NCBI GenBank assembly: GCA_965267185.1
Contig: OZ253937.1
Span: 3,558,064 to 3,622,063, forward strand
DNA: 64,000 nt
Direction of reading: 5' to 3'
From: Alphaproteobacteria bacterium
GTDB taxonomy: Bacteria > Pseudomonadota > Alphaproteobacteria > UBA6615
Shown here: positions 31,014 through 42,504 of the stretch, piece by piece
How positions within the stretch are numbered: position 1 is the stretch's first letter
Layout: every line of letters begins with the position of its first letter
Translations under genes and position numbers: made by a program
Notes under the pieces: model-generated
The model's input: the letters and a program-made list of their open reading frames with translations, nothing else
The model's database searches: none
What the model was told of the DNA's origin: nothing

Positions 31014-32882
31014 TTAGTTCTCCAGCTGGCCACGGATGGCCTGCTCCAGCTCGTTAATCAGGAACGGTTTGCCGTTCACTTTGTTAAAGCCCTGCGCATC
31101 AACGAGATATTGCGCGCGAAGCAGGGTTACCAGTTGGCCGTTGTTCATCTCCGGCACCAGCACCTGGCCAAAGCTTTTGAGCAGCTTGCCCAGGTTGCGC
31201 GGCAGCGGCCAAATGTAGCGCAAGTGAATATGGGCAACGTCGAAGCCCTCCTCGCGCATATTGCTGACCGCCCGGTTGATCGGTCCGTAGGTCGAGCCCC
31301 AGCCGACAACGGCAAGCCTGGCGCCGGGTTCGCCCTGATCGACCTCCTGTTCGGGGATGTCGTTTGCGATCCCGTCTATTTTGGCGGCGCGCAGGTCGGT
31401 CATTTTCTGGTGGTTGTCGGGGTCGTAGGAAATATGGCCCGAGCCGTCGGCCCGTTCGATCCCACCGATGCGGTGGACGAGCTTCGGTGTGCCCGGTTTC
31501 ACCCATGGGCGCGCGAGTGTCTTTTCGTCTCGGCCGAAGGGTTTGAAGTCCTCGGGGTCCGTTCGAAAGTTCACTTCGAACGGTTCGTATTCCGACATAT
31601 CCGGAATGCGCCAGGGTTCGGACGCATTGGCGATATAACCGTCCGTCAGCAGCATAACCGGGGTCATATATTTGGTGGCTAAACGAACCGCCTCGATTGC
31701 CGTGTCAAAACCGTCGGTTGACGAACTCACCGATATGACCGGCATCGGCGCGTCGGCATTACGCCCGAACACCGCCTGATAAAGGTCCGATTGCTCTGTC
31801 TTGGTGGGCAGGCCGGTCGAAGGACCAGCGCGCTGTGAATTAACAACGACGAGGGGGAGTTCCGCGCCGATGGCCAGGCCAATCGCTTCCATTTTCAAAG
31901 CGATGCCCGGTCCCGAACTTGAGGTAATACCGAGCGAGCCGCCGTACGAGGCGCCAACTGCGGCGCCGACTGCGGCGATCTCATCTTCCGCCTGGAACGT
32001 TACCACGCCAAACTCTTTCATCGCGGCGAGCCGATGTAGCAACGCCGACGCCGGGGTGATCGGGTAGGAGCAGAAGGTGAGTCCGACATTGGCGAGCCGC
32101 GTGCCAGCGAGCAGACCCAGCGCAATCGAATCGGTGCCCGTAACCGTGCGGTAGAGCCCTGGCTCGATTTCAGCTGGCGGGATGCTGTAGCCACCAATTT
32201 CGGCCGGCATTTCTGCCGTTTCCCCGAACGCATGGCCGGCGTTCAGCGCGGCGACATTAGCTTCAGCGATTTCGGGCTTCTTGGCGAATTTGGAATTTAG
32301 CCAATCGACCGAGGCCTGCCGGGGCCGCCCGTACATCCAATAGATCAAGCCGAGCGCCCACATATTTTTCGAGCGCATCGCTTCTTTGTTGGAGAGGCCG
32401 AAATCCTTCACCGCTTCGACGGTCAGGCGCGACATATCGATCTTGATGACGCGGTACTTGGCTAGGCTATCGTCTTCCAAGGGATTTGTTTCGTAGCCCG
32501 CTTTCGCCAGGTTGCGGTCGGAGAAGGCGCCCGTGTCGGCGATAACGATACCGCCAGGTTTAACGTCGGCCAGGTTAGTGATCAGCGCCGCCGGGTTCAT
32601 CGCGACGAGAACATCGAGCTCGTCACCCGAGGTCATGATCTTGCGTGCACCGAAGTTAATCTGAAAAGCTGACACGCCGAATGTGGTGCCTGCCGGCGCT
32701 CTAATCTCAGCCGGGAAATCGGGGAATGTGGCAAGATCATTGCCGGCGAGCGCGGCGGTTAGTGTGAATTGGCTGCCGGTAAGCTGCATGCCGTCGCCAG
32801 AATCTCCAGCAAATCGAACCACAGCCGATTCGACTTCATCGCGTCTTTCTTCCGGCCGCTCTAGGGCGGTTGCCTCGGACAT
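31014..32882 (-). CDS. korA: 2-oxoglutarate:ferredoxin oxidoreductase subunit alpha
   Basis: 622 aa with gamma-like N-terminal domain plus alpha domain; tightly coupled to korB. Confidence 0.85.
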   Translation of the reverse strand: MSEATALERPEERRDEVESAVVRFAGDSGDGMQLTGSQFTLTAALAGNDLATFPDFPAEIRAPAGTTFGVSAFQINFGARKIMTSGDELDVLVAMNPAALITNLADVKPGGIVIADTGAFSDRNLAKAGYETNPLEDDSLAKYRVIKIDMSRLTVEAVKDFGLSNKEAMRSKNMWALGLIYWMYGRPRQASVDWLNSKFAKKPEIAEANVAALNAGHAFGETAEMPAEIGGYSIPPAEIEPGLYRTVTGTDSIALGLLAGTRLANVGLTFCSYPITPASALLHRLAAMKEFGVVTFQAEDEIAAVGAAVGASYGGSLGITSSSGPGIALKMEAIGLAIGAELPLVVVNSQRAGPSTGLPTKTEQSDLYQAVFGRNADAPMPVISVSSSTDGFDTAIEAVRLATKYMTPVMLLTDGYIANASEPWRIPDMSEYEPFEVNFRTDPEDFKPFGRDEKTLARPWVKPGTPKLVHRIGGIERADGSGHISYDPDNHQKMTDLRAAKIDGIANDIPEQEVDQGEPGARLAVVGWGSTYGPINRAVSNMREEGFDVAHIHLRYIWPLPRNLGKLLKSFGQVLVPEMNNGQLVTLLRAQYLVDAQGFNKVNGKPFLINELEQAIRGQLEN

Positions 32883-33036
32883 ATTTTGTTCTTCCTCGAA
32901 CGAAGTACTTAGTGGGTATAGTTAATCACCGGCTCATTCGACCGGCGTTTGATTGCGGGGCGTAACTTCTTCCTCCGGCGCGCCTGTTTCAAGCCTTAAT
33001 TGGTATTTTCTCGCCAGAAATTAAGTGTTTTGCCGC

Positions 33037-34338
33037 CTAATCAAGTGCAGCCAGCATTTCCGGTACGGTCACAAACTTGCGACGGGGCGCGCCGTCGGCT
33101 GCCGCGGCGATTTCCGCCTGATCGAGTTTCTGCCAATCGGCGTAGTTAACGACGCGAACGCCGCGCCCGGTAAGCATTTCCGTTAGCGCTTCGCGGCCCG
33201 GTTTGGTGCCGTTGGCAACATCCTCGAGGATCTGCTGTGCCGCGGTTTCGCCGTCCGGTTTGTTCGTGCCAATGACGCCTGTCGGTCCGCGCTTGATCCA
33301 GCCGACCGCGTAAACGCCGTCGCCGACCCGGCCCTCCTGATGCACGACGATACCGTTTTTGTCATCGAATGGCACGCCTTCAATGGGAATCGAGTAGTAA
33401 CCAATCGCGGCGATCACCAGCCCGCACTCGATGTCGAAGAACTCGCCGGTACCAACCGCTCTACCGCCTTCGACCTTGGTCCGTTCAATGCGCAGGCCTT
33501 CGACCTTGTCGCCGCCCAGCACTTCGACCGGGTTCGCAAAGAACTCAAAATGAACGTTCTTCCCCTTGTCAGCCGGATCGACATCGGGAAATTCCTTCAA
33601 TGTCGCCAGGTTTCGTTCTTTCAGGCGAAGGTCGCGGTCGGACCAATCGCCGGTCACTTCCTCCGGTAGCTGGTCTGGGCGTATGACAGGCATGCAGTTT
33701 TCAAGCTTGCCCATCTCGCGGAGCTCGACATTGGTGAACTTCGCTTCGATGGGGCCGCGCCGGCCGAGCAGATAGACGTCTGTGAGCGGCGAGGCTTGCA
33801 CGGCTTTCGCTGCGTGGTCTGCGATATCGGTGGCCGCCATTTCGGCCGGCGTTTTGACGAGTACACGCGCAACGTCGATCGCGACATTGCCGACACCAAC
33901 GACGGCGGCGGCGCCGACGTTCAAGTCGGGGTTGAGATCGGTGAAATCAGGATGGCCGTTGTACCAGCCGACGAAATCGGCGGAGCCAAAGACGCCTGCC
34001 TTATCGGCCCCCGGAATTGACAACTTTCGGTCGGTCGGGGCACCCACGGCGAGGACCACAGCGTCATAAGTTTCGCGCAACTCGTCCATCGAGACGTCCT
34101 TGCCCACCTCGACATTGCCGAAATAAGCGACATGCTCGTTGAGCGCGGTTTTCTCGTAGGCGCGCGCGACCTTCTTGGTGGTTTGGTGATCGGGGGCGAC
34201 GCCGCCGCGGATCAAACCAAATGGGGTCGGCAGGCGCTCGATGATGTCGATCCGCACATCGCTGCCGCTCTTGAGCAACGAGTCTGCCGTATAGAATCCA
34301 CTCGGCCCAGAGCCGATGATGGCAACGTTTATTGTCAT
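33037..34338 (-). CDS. NADPH:ferredoxin (adrenodoxin-type) reductase, FprA-like
   Basis: 433 aa; GSGPSGFY FAD-binding fingerprint and second Rossmann GVGNVAIDVARVL. Confidence 0.8.
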   Translation of the reverse strand: MTINVAIIGSGPSGFYTADSLLKSGSDVRIDIIERLPTPFGLIRGGVAPDHQTTKKVARAYEKTALNEHVAYFGNVEVGKDVSMDELRETYDAVVLAVGAPTDRKLSIPGADKAGVFGSADFVGWYNGHPDFTDLNPDLNVGAAAVVGVGNVAIDVARVLVKTPAEMAATDIADHAAKAVQASPLTDVYLLGRRGPIEAKFTNVELREMGKLENCMPVIRPDQLPEEVTGDWSDRDLRLKERNLATLKEFPDVDPADKGKNVHFEFFANPVEVLGGDKVEGLRIERTKVEGGRAVGTGEFFDIECGLVIAAIGYYSIPIEGVPFDDKNGIVVHQEGRVGDGVYAVGWIKRGPTGVIGTNKPDGETAAQQILEDVANGTKPGREALTEMLTGRGVRVVNYADWQKLDQAEIAAAADGAPRRKFVTVPEMLAALD

Positions 34339-34495
34339 ATGTCCTCCCGATTTCGGGCGGGACTATAACCAAAGCATTTGCAGTCTGCTATCCCGGCAGA
34401 GCATCAAATCTACAGTGCTTAATGCATAGCAAAAGCGCGCTCCGAATCGCGTTTCGGAGCGGCGCGGGGCCGCCAAAAGGGGCCGTGATTAGCGG

Positions 34496-34762
34496 TTAGT
34501 GAATCTGGGCGGTTGCCGCGGCGTGGCGATACCGATTGGGTGCGATGACATCCGCGTGGGCGACTTTGACGGAATGTAGTTTGCCGTCGAGGTTTTGTGC
34601 CCAGAAGTCGAGAAACTTTTGCAGACGCGGGAAGTCCGGTGCCCGGTCAAGGCGTTGCCAGACAAAGCTCTGCAGGATGCTCGGATGGTCGGGCATGTGA
34701 TACAGGATCTCTGCCGTGGTCAGCCGGTAGCCTGCCAATTGTTCTTTCGCGTCATTGCTCAT
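34496..34762 (-). CDS. Usg-family protein
   Basis: 88 aa; MSNDAKEQLAGYRLTTAEILYHMPDHPSILQSFVWQ.. matches the alphaproteobacterial Usg family. Confidence 0.6.
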   Translation of the reverse strand: MSNDAKEQLAGYRLTTAEILYHMPDHPSILQSFVWQRLDRAPDFPRLQKFLDFWAQNLDGKLHSVKVAHADVIAPNRYRHAAATAQIH

Positions 34763-34957
34763 AACGACATACCTCGCAAAAGGAATCACTCTGATACTTA
34801 AGAATATTGAGCCTTAAGATTCTCACGTTCAATTAAAAAATTGTTTAATGACAATGAGTTAGCAGCTTGTTGGGGAGAGTGCTGCCAGATGTCCGGACAA
34901 AAAGCTGAAACCGTTGCTGGCGAACGGTTGACAGCCGCCAGAGCGATCACTAAGTGT

Positions 34958-34984
34958 CTGGCACTCACTTTCCTGGAGTGCTAA
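34958..34984 (+). promoter_or_regulatory. CIRCE (HrcA operator) inverted repeat upstream of groES
   Basis: cTgGCACTC-N9-GAGTGCTAA against consensus TTAGCACTC-N9-GAGTGCTAA; TTGACA-N17-TAAGTG promoter-like hexamers just upstream. Confidence 0.75.
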
Positions 34985-35035
34985 CAATCGCCGCGCAAAC
35001 CGCGGAATCGCACTAAATTTATGGAGGATCAAAGC

Positions 35036-35350
35036 ATGAGTTTTCGCCCGTTACACGACCGGGTTGTGGTCCGCCGCGTTGGCTCAGACGAGAAAACGGC
35101 TGGTGGAATCATCATTCCGGATACGGCGCAAGAAAAACCGTCGGAAGGCGAAGTTGTCGCAGTCGGGTCTGGCGCCCGTGCGGAAGACGGCAGCGTAACG
35201 CCGATGGACGTAAAAGCAGGTGACCGTGTGCTGTTTGGCAAATGGTCGGGCACCGAAGTGACGATCGACGGTGAAGAACTCCTGATTATGAAGGAGTCGG
35301 ACATCATGGGCGTCATCGAAGCCAAAAAACGCGCCAAAAAGGCCGCTTAA
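35036..35350 (+). CDS. groES: Co-chaperonin GroES
   Basis: [15 protein letters not shown]...; GGAGGA RBS. Confidence 0.95.
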   Translation: MSFRPLHDRVVVRRVGSDEKTAGGIIIPDTAQEKPSEGEVVAVGSGARAEDGSVTPMDVKAGDRVLFGKWSGTEVTIDGEELLIMKESDIMGVIEAKKRAKKAA

Positions 35351-35355
35351 CGTAA

Positions 35356-37020
<1,665 letters not shown>

Positions 37021-37049
37021 GCTCCAGCCTCTCATAGCTGACTATCTAA

Positions 37050-37085
37050 GGCCGCGCCGGTTACATCGGCGCGGCCTTTACTCTT
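37050..37085 (+). terminator. Rho-independent terminator after groEL
   Basis: GGCCGCGCCG / CGGCGCGGCC 10-bp stem, 7-nt loop, TTTACTCTTTT tail. Confidence 0.7.
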
Positions 37086-37141
37086 TTCCCCATCCGTTAG
37101 AAATCCGATTTTGTCCTGGAAGCTCAATTTGCGCATGTACT

Positions 37142-37166
37142 ATGTATACATATTATATGTATACAT
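37142..37166. promoter_or_regulatory. Tandem 10-bp palindromes ATGTATACAT (x2), candidate MarR operator
   Basis: Two identical self-complementary decamers at 37142-37151 and 37157-37166 in an AT-rich patch 33-57 bp upstream of the marR start. Confidence 0.4.
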
Positions 37167-37198
37167 AGTAATATCTAAGAAACGGATGTCCTCGAACC

Positions 37199-37702
37199 AT
37201 GTCTGACGTTGAACAAGACGATATTGCGACAACTCGGCGGCGTGGGCCCGATGATGCGCCCGGCATATTGCTCTGGCGGGCCGCGAATGCCTGGCAGCGC
37301 GATATTAGGGCCGTCGTGAAATCCCAGGAACTGACCCAGGCGCAGTTCGTGCTGTTGCTGGGGCTTCGGTATTTGGAGGAGCGGCCAGTTGCGGTGCCAA
37401 CGGCAACGACCCAGCGGGCGCTGGCCGAATATTGCGGTGTCGATACGACGATGGCGTCGCAGGTGCTTCGTCAGCTCGAAACATCGGGTCATCTGCGCCG
37501 CGCACCGGGCGCCGATGCGCGTTCGCGGGCGCTCTACCTAACTGAGAAGGGGCGGCGCGCCATCGACGATATTGCGCCGGAGGTCGGTGCGGTCGATGAA
37601 CGCTTCTTCGGCGCTCTCGGCGACAATGCTGAAATGTTCAAAGCGGCGTTGCAGGTGCTGATCGGTTTGCCGCCGCGCCTCGGTGCGGCGCGCCGGTCGT
37701 GA
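37199..37702 (+). CDS. MarR family transcriptional regulator
   Basis: 167 aa, winged-HTH MarR pattern (..QAQFVLLLGL...LAEYCGVDTTMASQVLRQLE..GHLRR). Confidence 0.85.
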   Translation: MSDVEQDDIATTRRRGPDDAPGILLWRAANAWQRDIRAVVKSQELTQAQFVLLLGLRYLEERPVAVPTATTQRALAEYCGVDTTMASQVLRQLETSGHLRRAPGADARSRALYLTEKGRRAIDDIAPEVGAVDERFFGALGDNAEMFKAALQVLIGLPPRLGAARRS

Positions 37703-37717
37703 TAACCGCGCAGAGCG

Positions 37718-38599
37718 CTAAAGTTCTTCGATCACCCGGATAATTCCGGCCTGGTCGAGATCGCCCCAACCCTGGTCGACCATTTTTTGCCAGAGTTTTT
37801 GATTGCCGCTCAGCGTGCGCAGGTCCAGATCGACCTGGCCGGCGAGTTCGAGGGCCTGATCGACATCCTTGAGCTGCACTCGGGCCGGGCCGCCCGGTTC
37901 GAACATACGTTCGACCATCCGCCCGCCGTGCAAGTCGAGAACCCGCGACTCGGCAAAGCCGCCCTGCAGCGCCTCTCGAACCTTGCCGGGGTCGACCCCG
38001 GCACGCTGGGCCAGCGTCAGGCCTTCGGCGACGGCTGCCAAGGTTACAGCTACGATCGCCTGGTTCGCGGTTTTCGCCACCTGTCCGGCGCCAACGTCGC
38101 CGATATGGGTGATGTTGCGGCCCAGGACTTCGAAGACCGGCCGCACGCGCTCGAGCGCCTCGGCGCTGCAGCCGGCCATGATCGACAGCGACGCTTGCTC
38201 TGCCCCCACCTGACCGCCCGAAACCGGGGCGTCGATATAGGTGCTGCCGGCGGCGGAGACTTCCTCGGCCCATTCGCGGGTCTCGCGAACCTTTGTAGTG
38301 CCCATATCGATGACGATTCCGCCCGAACTCAGGCCGGCGATCACCCCGTCCGGGCCGTGCAGCACTTTGTCGACTCCAGCGGTATCGGTGACCATCATGA
38401 TCACGATGTCGCTCGCGGCGGCGACATCACGGGGCGTTTCGGCCGGTGTCAAACCTTCGCTGGCCAGCTCCTCGACCGGCCCAGGGCTGCGGCTGCTGAC
38501 CGTGACCGTGGCGCCCGCCTTGTGCAGATTGCGCGCCATCGGCTTTCCCATATGGCCGAGGCCGATCAGCCCAATTTTCCAGCCGTCCAGATCTGCCAT
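37718..38599 (-). CDS. NAD(P)-dependent 3-hydroxyisobutyrate dehydrogenase / 2-hydroxy-3-oxopropionate reductase family oxidoreductase
   Basis: N-terminal GLIGLGHMG Rossmann motif; 6PGDH-like NAD-binding and C-terminal domains. Confidence 0.8.
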   Translation of the reverse strand: MADLDGWKIGLIGLGHMGKPMARNLHKAGATVTVSSRSPGPVEELASEGLTPAETPRDVAAASDIVIMMVTDTAGVDKVLHGPDGVIAGLSSGGIVIDMGTTKVRETREWAEEVSAAGSTYIDAPVSGGQVGAEQASLSIMAGCSAEALERVRPVFEVLGRNITHIGDVGAGQVAKTANQAIVAVTLAAVAEGLTLAQRAGVDPGKVREALQGGFAESRVLDLHGGRMVERMFEPGGPARVQLKDVDQALELAGQVDLDLRTLSGNQKLWQKMVDQGWGDLDQAGIIRVIEEL

Positions 38600-38629
38600 T
38601 GCCGCTCTCCTTCCGGCGCTGTGTGGGTC

Positions 38630-39034
38630 TTAGGGAACCGCGTAGCGTGCTGCCGCACCCCGTTCGATGGCCGCGGCATTCAACCGGTCGATATCGAGCG
38701 CGTAGCGCATGAGTTCCAGCAATCGCAGCTCTTCTTGCGCAGCGGTTCCGTCGGCGGCGACCACGTCGCAGGCTAGCGCGTATGCAGTTTCGCGAAGGCG
38801 GTCGGGCAGCGCATCGCGCATGGCTTCGAACGCGTCGTCGAGGCCATCCTCATCCGATAGGAGAACCGCACAGTCGTTGGCGATTTCAGGCAACCGCCCG
38901 GTGTCGAAGGATCTGAAAATCGGCAAATGGCGAACGATTTCGCCAATCCGGGATAGCTCGGAGTCCGTCATGTCGCTATCGGCTGCCGACGCTATGACCA
39001 TGGCGTAGATAAGTGCCGCTTGATGATCGATCAT
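38630..39034 (-). CDS. TerB-like (tellurite resistance TerB family) protein
   Basis: 134 aa, acidic helical protein with TerB-like repeat (..DSELSRIGEIV... AAQEELRLLELMRYAL). Confidence 0.55.
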   Translation of the reverse strand: MIDHQAALIYAMVIASAADSDMTDSELSRIGEIVRHLPIFRSFDTGRLPEIANDCAVLLSDEDGLDDAFEAMRDALPDRLRETAYALACDVVAADGTAAQEELRLLELMRYALDIDRLNAAAIERGAAARYAVP

Positions 39035-39152
39035 CTAATAATTCCTATGCTGGAGTGCCCAGGGATAAAGCCGTCTCGTGCCGCCCCCGTCAAGCGATGT
39101 AGGGATTATTTACGCCCGTTCCAGGGTTCGCTCGAAGATGGCGGTATCGGGC

Positions 39153-41918
39153 CTAGCCGCCCAAGAACGCGGCCGTTTTCTCGATTGCCTCGACCAGACC
39201 GATGCGGTGTGCCTCCACACCCTCCGGAAAGGCCCCGAGGAGGCGCGACGGCATGGCGCTATCGAGGATAACGAAGACCCCGCGGTCGCTGTCGCGCCGG
39301 ATAAGGCGTCCATAGGCCTGCGAGATGCGGAGCCGGGCTTGCATATCGTCATAGGCGCGGCCACCGAATTCCTCGCGGCGCGCCTTGTGAAGAATCGTTG
39401 GCCGGGGCCAGGGGACACGATCGAACGCTAGCAGGCGCAGCGACTTGCCGGGCACATCTACCCCGTCGCGCACGGCGTCTGTACCAAGCAGGCAGGCGTC
39501 CGGTTCGGCACGGAAGATGTCGATAAGGGTCGCGATATTCAACGCGTCGACATGTTGGGCATAGAGCGGTAACCCGGCCTTATCGAGCGGCGCCGCGATC
39601 CGCGCGTGAACCTGGCGAAGCCGCGCGATCGATGTAAACAGGCCGAGGCCGCCGCCGCCCGCTGCCAGGAACAGCTCGCGCAATGCCGCCGCGACTTGAT
39701 CGGGCTCGTTGCGCTGGACGTCGGTTACGATCATTACCCGCGTTTGCTCCGCGTAGTCGAACGGCGAGCTGACCCGGTTGCGGATCGCGGGGGCCGGCAT
39801 GTGCGCTGCCCCCGTACGGCGTTCGGCGGTGCGCCAATCTTCCTCGACGTCGCCGCTGCGTCCCATCAGGGTGGCGGAGGTTACGAGGACGCCGTGAGCC
39901 GGGCTGGCGACCGATTCGGCAAACGGGATTGTCGGGTCGACCCAATGGCGAAACATGCCGACATCGAAATCCCGGCCATCGATCCGGTCGACGGCAAACC
40001 AGTCGACAAAAATCTCCGGTGTTTCGGTCTCCAGCGCGCCGAGCATATCGATCCAGCCGGCGATCAGCATTTCGCCGCGGCGCGCCAGTGCCCGGCAAAC
40101 CGCTTCGATACGCGTGCGCGTGGCGCTCTCCAATTCGTCGGCATCCACGTCGAGGCGCCGGCGTAGTCTATCGCGCAATTGTAGAAGGGGGCGCGCCAGC
40201 TGCGCCAAACTCTCTGCCAGGGCGTAGCCAGCGTCGCTGACCGCTGGGTCCAGCGGACGCACCTCGGTTTCCAGGCTGTAGAAGCTGTGCTGGGTGGTCG
40301 CGCGGGCATAGACCTGCTGGCGCACCGCTCCGAGAAAGGCCTCGGTGGGGCCATCGGGCCGCGACTCGCCGAGGCGGGCCATCCAGCCCGGCGACGGAAG
40401 GGCGCGGGCGGCGGCGAGCGCGGCGGTGAGCGCCTCTCGGGCAGTGTCGTCGTCGTTGGCGATCAGGTCACCCGCACGCTCGCGCAAGCCGCGGGCGCGG
40501 CCACCGGGGCGTCGGCGACCACCTTCCGGCCCGAGCAGCCAGCGCCGTAGCTCCGCGGTTTCCAGACCCGACAAACGGCCGCCGAACGCGGAATCGGCGG
40601 CGTCGAACAGGTGATGTCCCTCGTCGAACACGTAGCGAGTGGGCAGGCGGTCGTCATCGTCGCCGAGCGCGGCCTGGATCATCACCAGGGCATGGTTGGC
40701 GATCACTAAATCGGCGCGGCGGGCTTGGCGAACGCTGCGCTCGATGTAGCATTTCGAATAATGCGGGCAGGCCGAATAGATACATTCGCCGCGCCGGTCG
40801 GACAGGGCATGCGTGGTCGCCGTCCCAACTAGGTCAACCAACCAAGCGGGGAAGTCGCCGCCGAAATCGCCATCGCGGGTCACCGCCGCCCAGCGGGCCA
40901 GCAAGCCGAGGCCGACCGCGTCGCGCGGCCGCAGGGCGAGATAGCGCCCCACTGCTTCCTCCATATTGAGCAAGCACAGATAATTTTCGCGGCCTTTGCG
41001 GATCACCACCTTTGAAGCTTTTAGCTGGCGGTCCGGAAACAGGTGGTCGAGTTCCTGATCGATCTGCCGCTGCAGATTGCGCGTATAGGTGCTGATCCAC
41101 ACGGGCCCACCGTTGCGCTCGGCCCATAGGCTCGCCGGCGCGATATAGCCTAGCGTCTTGCCGGTGCCTGTCCCGGCCTCGGCCAGCACGAAGTTAGGGG
41201 CGTCGGGTGCGGGCCGTGGCTGAAACATGGCGCTCACCGCCGATGCGTAGTCGGCTTGCATCGGGCGCGGCTCCGCGTCCGCTCCGAGAAGTTCGGCAAG
41301 CCGGTGGCGCGCCTCGTCGGGCTCGACTGGATCGTTGCCCGGCTGCGTTTCCGGTGCCATTTCCGGCCATTCGGGGAGGTGGCGCCAAACGGCTAGAGCA
41401 CCCGAAAGCCCGCCCGACGCCGCATCGGGGTGACTGTCTACGCCTAGTGTCTGCAATACGATGGGGCCCCACAGCCACCCGGCGCGAGTCATATCGCGGG
41501 CGATGGCCGCTGCCTGGCCGCGCTCGTCCTTGTCGCTTGCCAGTTCCGCCAGCAGATAGCCGGTCACCGAGTGCAACAGCCCCAGAGGCGAATCGCTGGG
41601 CGTCGTGGCAATGCCAAGCGTGCGCGCCACTCCTGATAGCGTTGGCAGGGTGAACTGGGCCGGACGCACAAAGGCGAACAGCTCCAATATGTCGTACCCC
41701 GCCAGCTGATCTCGGTTCAGCCGGCGTGCCACCGAAGGTGCGTGGCACAGCAGCGGGGGCGACGCCTCCACGCGCCGGGCGGCCTCGTCGAACGGCAGGG
41801 TTTCGAGCTCGCCGTCCGGTGTCGACCACAGGGCCGTGGCATGCTGCACGTATAGCGCCGCGAGCGGCAACAGGGTTACCGGCGTGTCTGGCGCGGTGGC
41901 TGACAATCCCCGACTCAT
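39153..41918 (-). CDS. ATP-dependent DNA helicase, DinG/Rad3-like (DEAD_2 + Helicase_C_2)
   Basis: 921 aa; Walker A AGTGTGKTLGY, DEGH box VFDEGHHL, C-terminal helicase motifs. Confidence 0.8.
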   Translation of the reverse strand: MSRGLSATAPDTPVTLLPLAALYVQHATALWSTPDGELETLPFDEAARRVEASPPLLCHAPSVARRLNRDQLAGYDILELFAFVRPAQFTLPTLSGVARTLGIATTPSDSPLGLLHSVTGYLLAELASDKDERGQAAAIARDMTRAGWLWGPIVLQTLGVDSHPDAASGGLSGALAVWRHLPEWPEMAPETQPGNDPVEPDEARHRLAELLGADAEPRPMQADYASAVSAMFQPRPAPDAPNFVLAEAGTGTGKTLGYIAPASLWAERNGGPVWISTYTRNLQRQIDQELDHLFPDRQLKASKVVIRKGRENYLCLLNMEEAVGRYLALRPRDAVGLGLLARWAAVTRDGDFGGDFPAWLVDLVGTATTHALSDRRGECIYSACPHYSKCYIERSVRQARRADLVIANHALVMIQAALGDDDDRLPTRYVFDEGHHLFDAADSAFGGRLSGLETAELRRWLLGPEGGRRRPGGRARGLRERAGDLIANDDDTAREALTAALAAARALPSPGWMARLGESRPDGPTEAFLGAVRQQVYARATTQHSFYSLETEVRPLDPAVSDAGYALAESLAQLARPLLQLRDRLRRRLDVDADELESATRTRIEAVCRALARRGEMLIAGWIDMLGALETETPEIFVDWFAVDRIDGRDFDVGMFRHWVDPTIPFAESVASPAHGVLVTSATLMGRSGDVEEDWRTAERRTGAAHMPAPAIRNRVSSPFDYAEQTRVMIVTDVQRNEPDQVAAALRELFLAAGGGGLGLFTSIARLRQVHARIAAPLDKAGLPLYAQHVDALNIATLIDIFRAEPDACLLGTDAVRDGVDVPGKSLRLLAFDRVPWPRPTILHKARREEFGGRAYDDMQARLRISQAYGRLIRRDSDRGVFVILDSAMPSRLLGAFPEGVEAHRIGLVEAIEKTAAFLGG

Positions 41919-42116
41919 GGGCCGACATTAGCGAGGATGCGGCCTCCGGTCGCTAAAAGTTTCGCTAATTTTTCTTCGAGTTTTGGTCGATCACCGGCAA
42001 AAGTCTAAGCGATCCTGCGTGACTTGCGGCCTTGCATCGATATGCTGGGCTTCGGTGAAGTCTGCCCGACCCGTTCCGGGCGGTCTTTCGATTTATGTCC
42101 AGGTAGGAGAACTACA

Positions 42117-42320
42117 GTGGCTATATCACCAGCCGGTCCCGTTGGGGGCCTCGTTCCGGAAGCAGCGCAGCCGCGGCCCGCAACCGCGCCTGTGCCGGAT
42201 CAGCCGGAGGCGCAAGCTACGCAAACGGAAAACCCGAGTCAGGCGGTAACCCCGCCGTCGACGGATAACCGTACGGAGCAAGAAGCGCCGCGCGAACGTC
42301 TCGTCGACGTAACGGTCTAA
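42117..42320 (+). CDS. Small Pro/Ala/Gln-rich hypothetical protein (low-complexity); may be non-coding
   Basis: AGGAGA RBS 6 nt before a GTG; 67 aa of low complexity. Confidence 0.2.
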   Translation: MAISPAGPVGGLVPEAAQPRPATAPVPDQPEAQATQTENPSQAVTPPSTDNRTEQEAPRERLVDVTV

Positions 42321-42504
42321 CCGGCCTGCCCGGGATTGACCGGGCTTTCGAATCTTGTCCAACCGCCGTGCGGCACACCGCGCGTGCGGTTGAACTTGTT
42401 TCTGCGCCTCGCTATGACCGCCTGGCGCTGCGAGAATTGATTCCATCTGATCGAATTCTGCTCTAGTGTCCGCCGCAATTCAGTCTTGTTGTGGAACGGT
42501 ACAG

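Noticed and set aside
33037-34338. Considered whether the FAD reductase could be the missing BoxA.
   Set aside because: It has the adrenodoxin-reductase/FprA two-Rossmann architecture and lacks the N-terminal 4Fe-4S cysteine clusters and FNR-type domain of BoxA. It is kept only as a speculative electron donor.
34860-34957. Sigma32 promoter upstream of groES.
   Set aside because: No CCCCAT-type -10 was found. A sigma70-like TTGACA-N17-TAAGTG plus CIRCE fits better, so only CIRCE is annotated.
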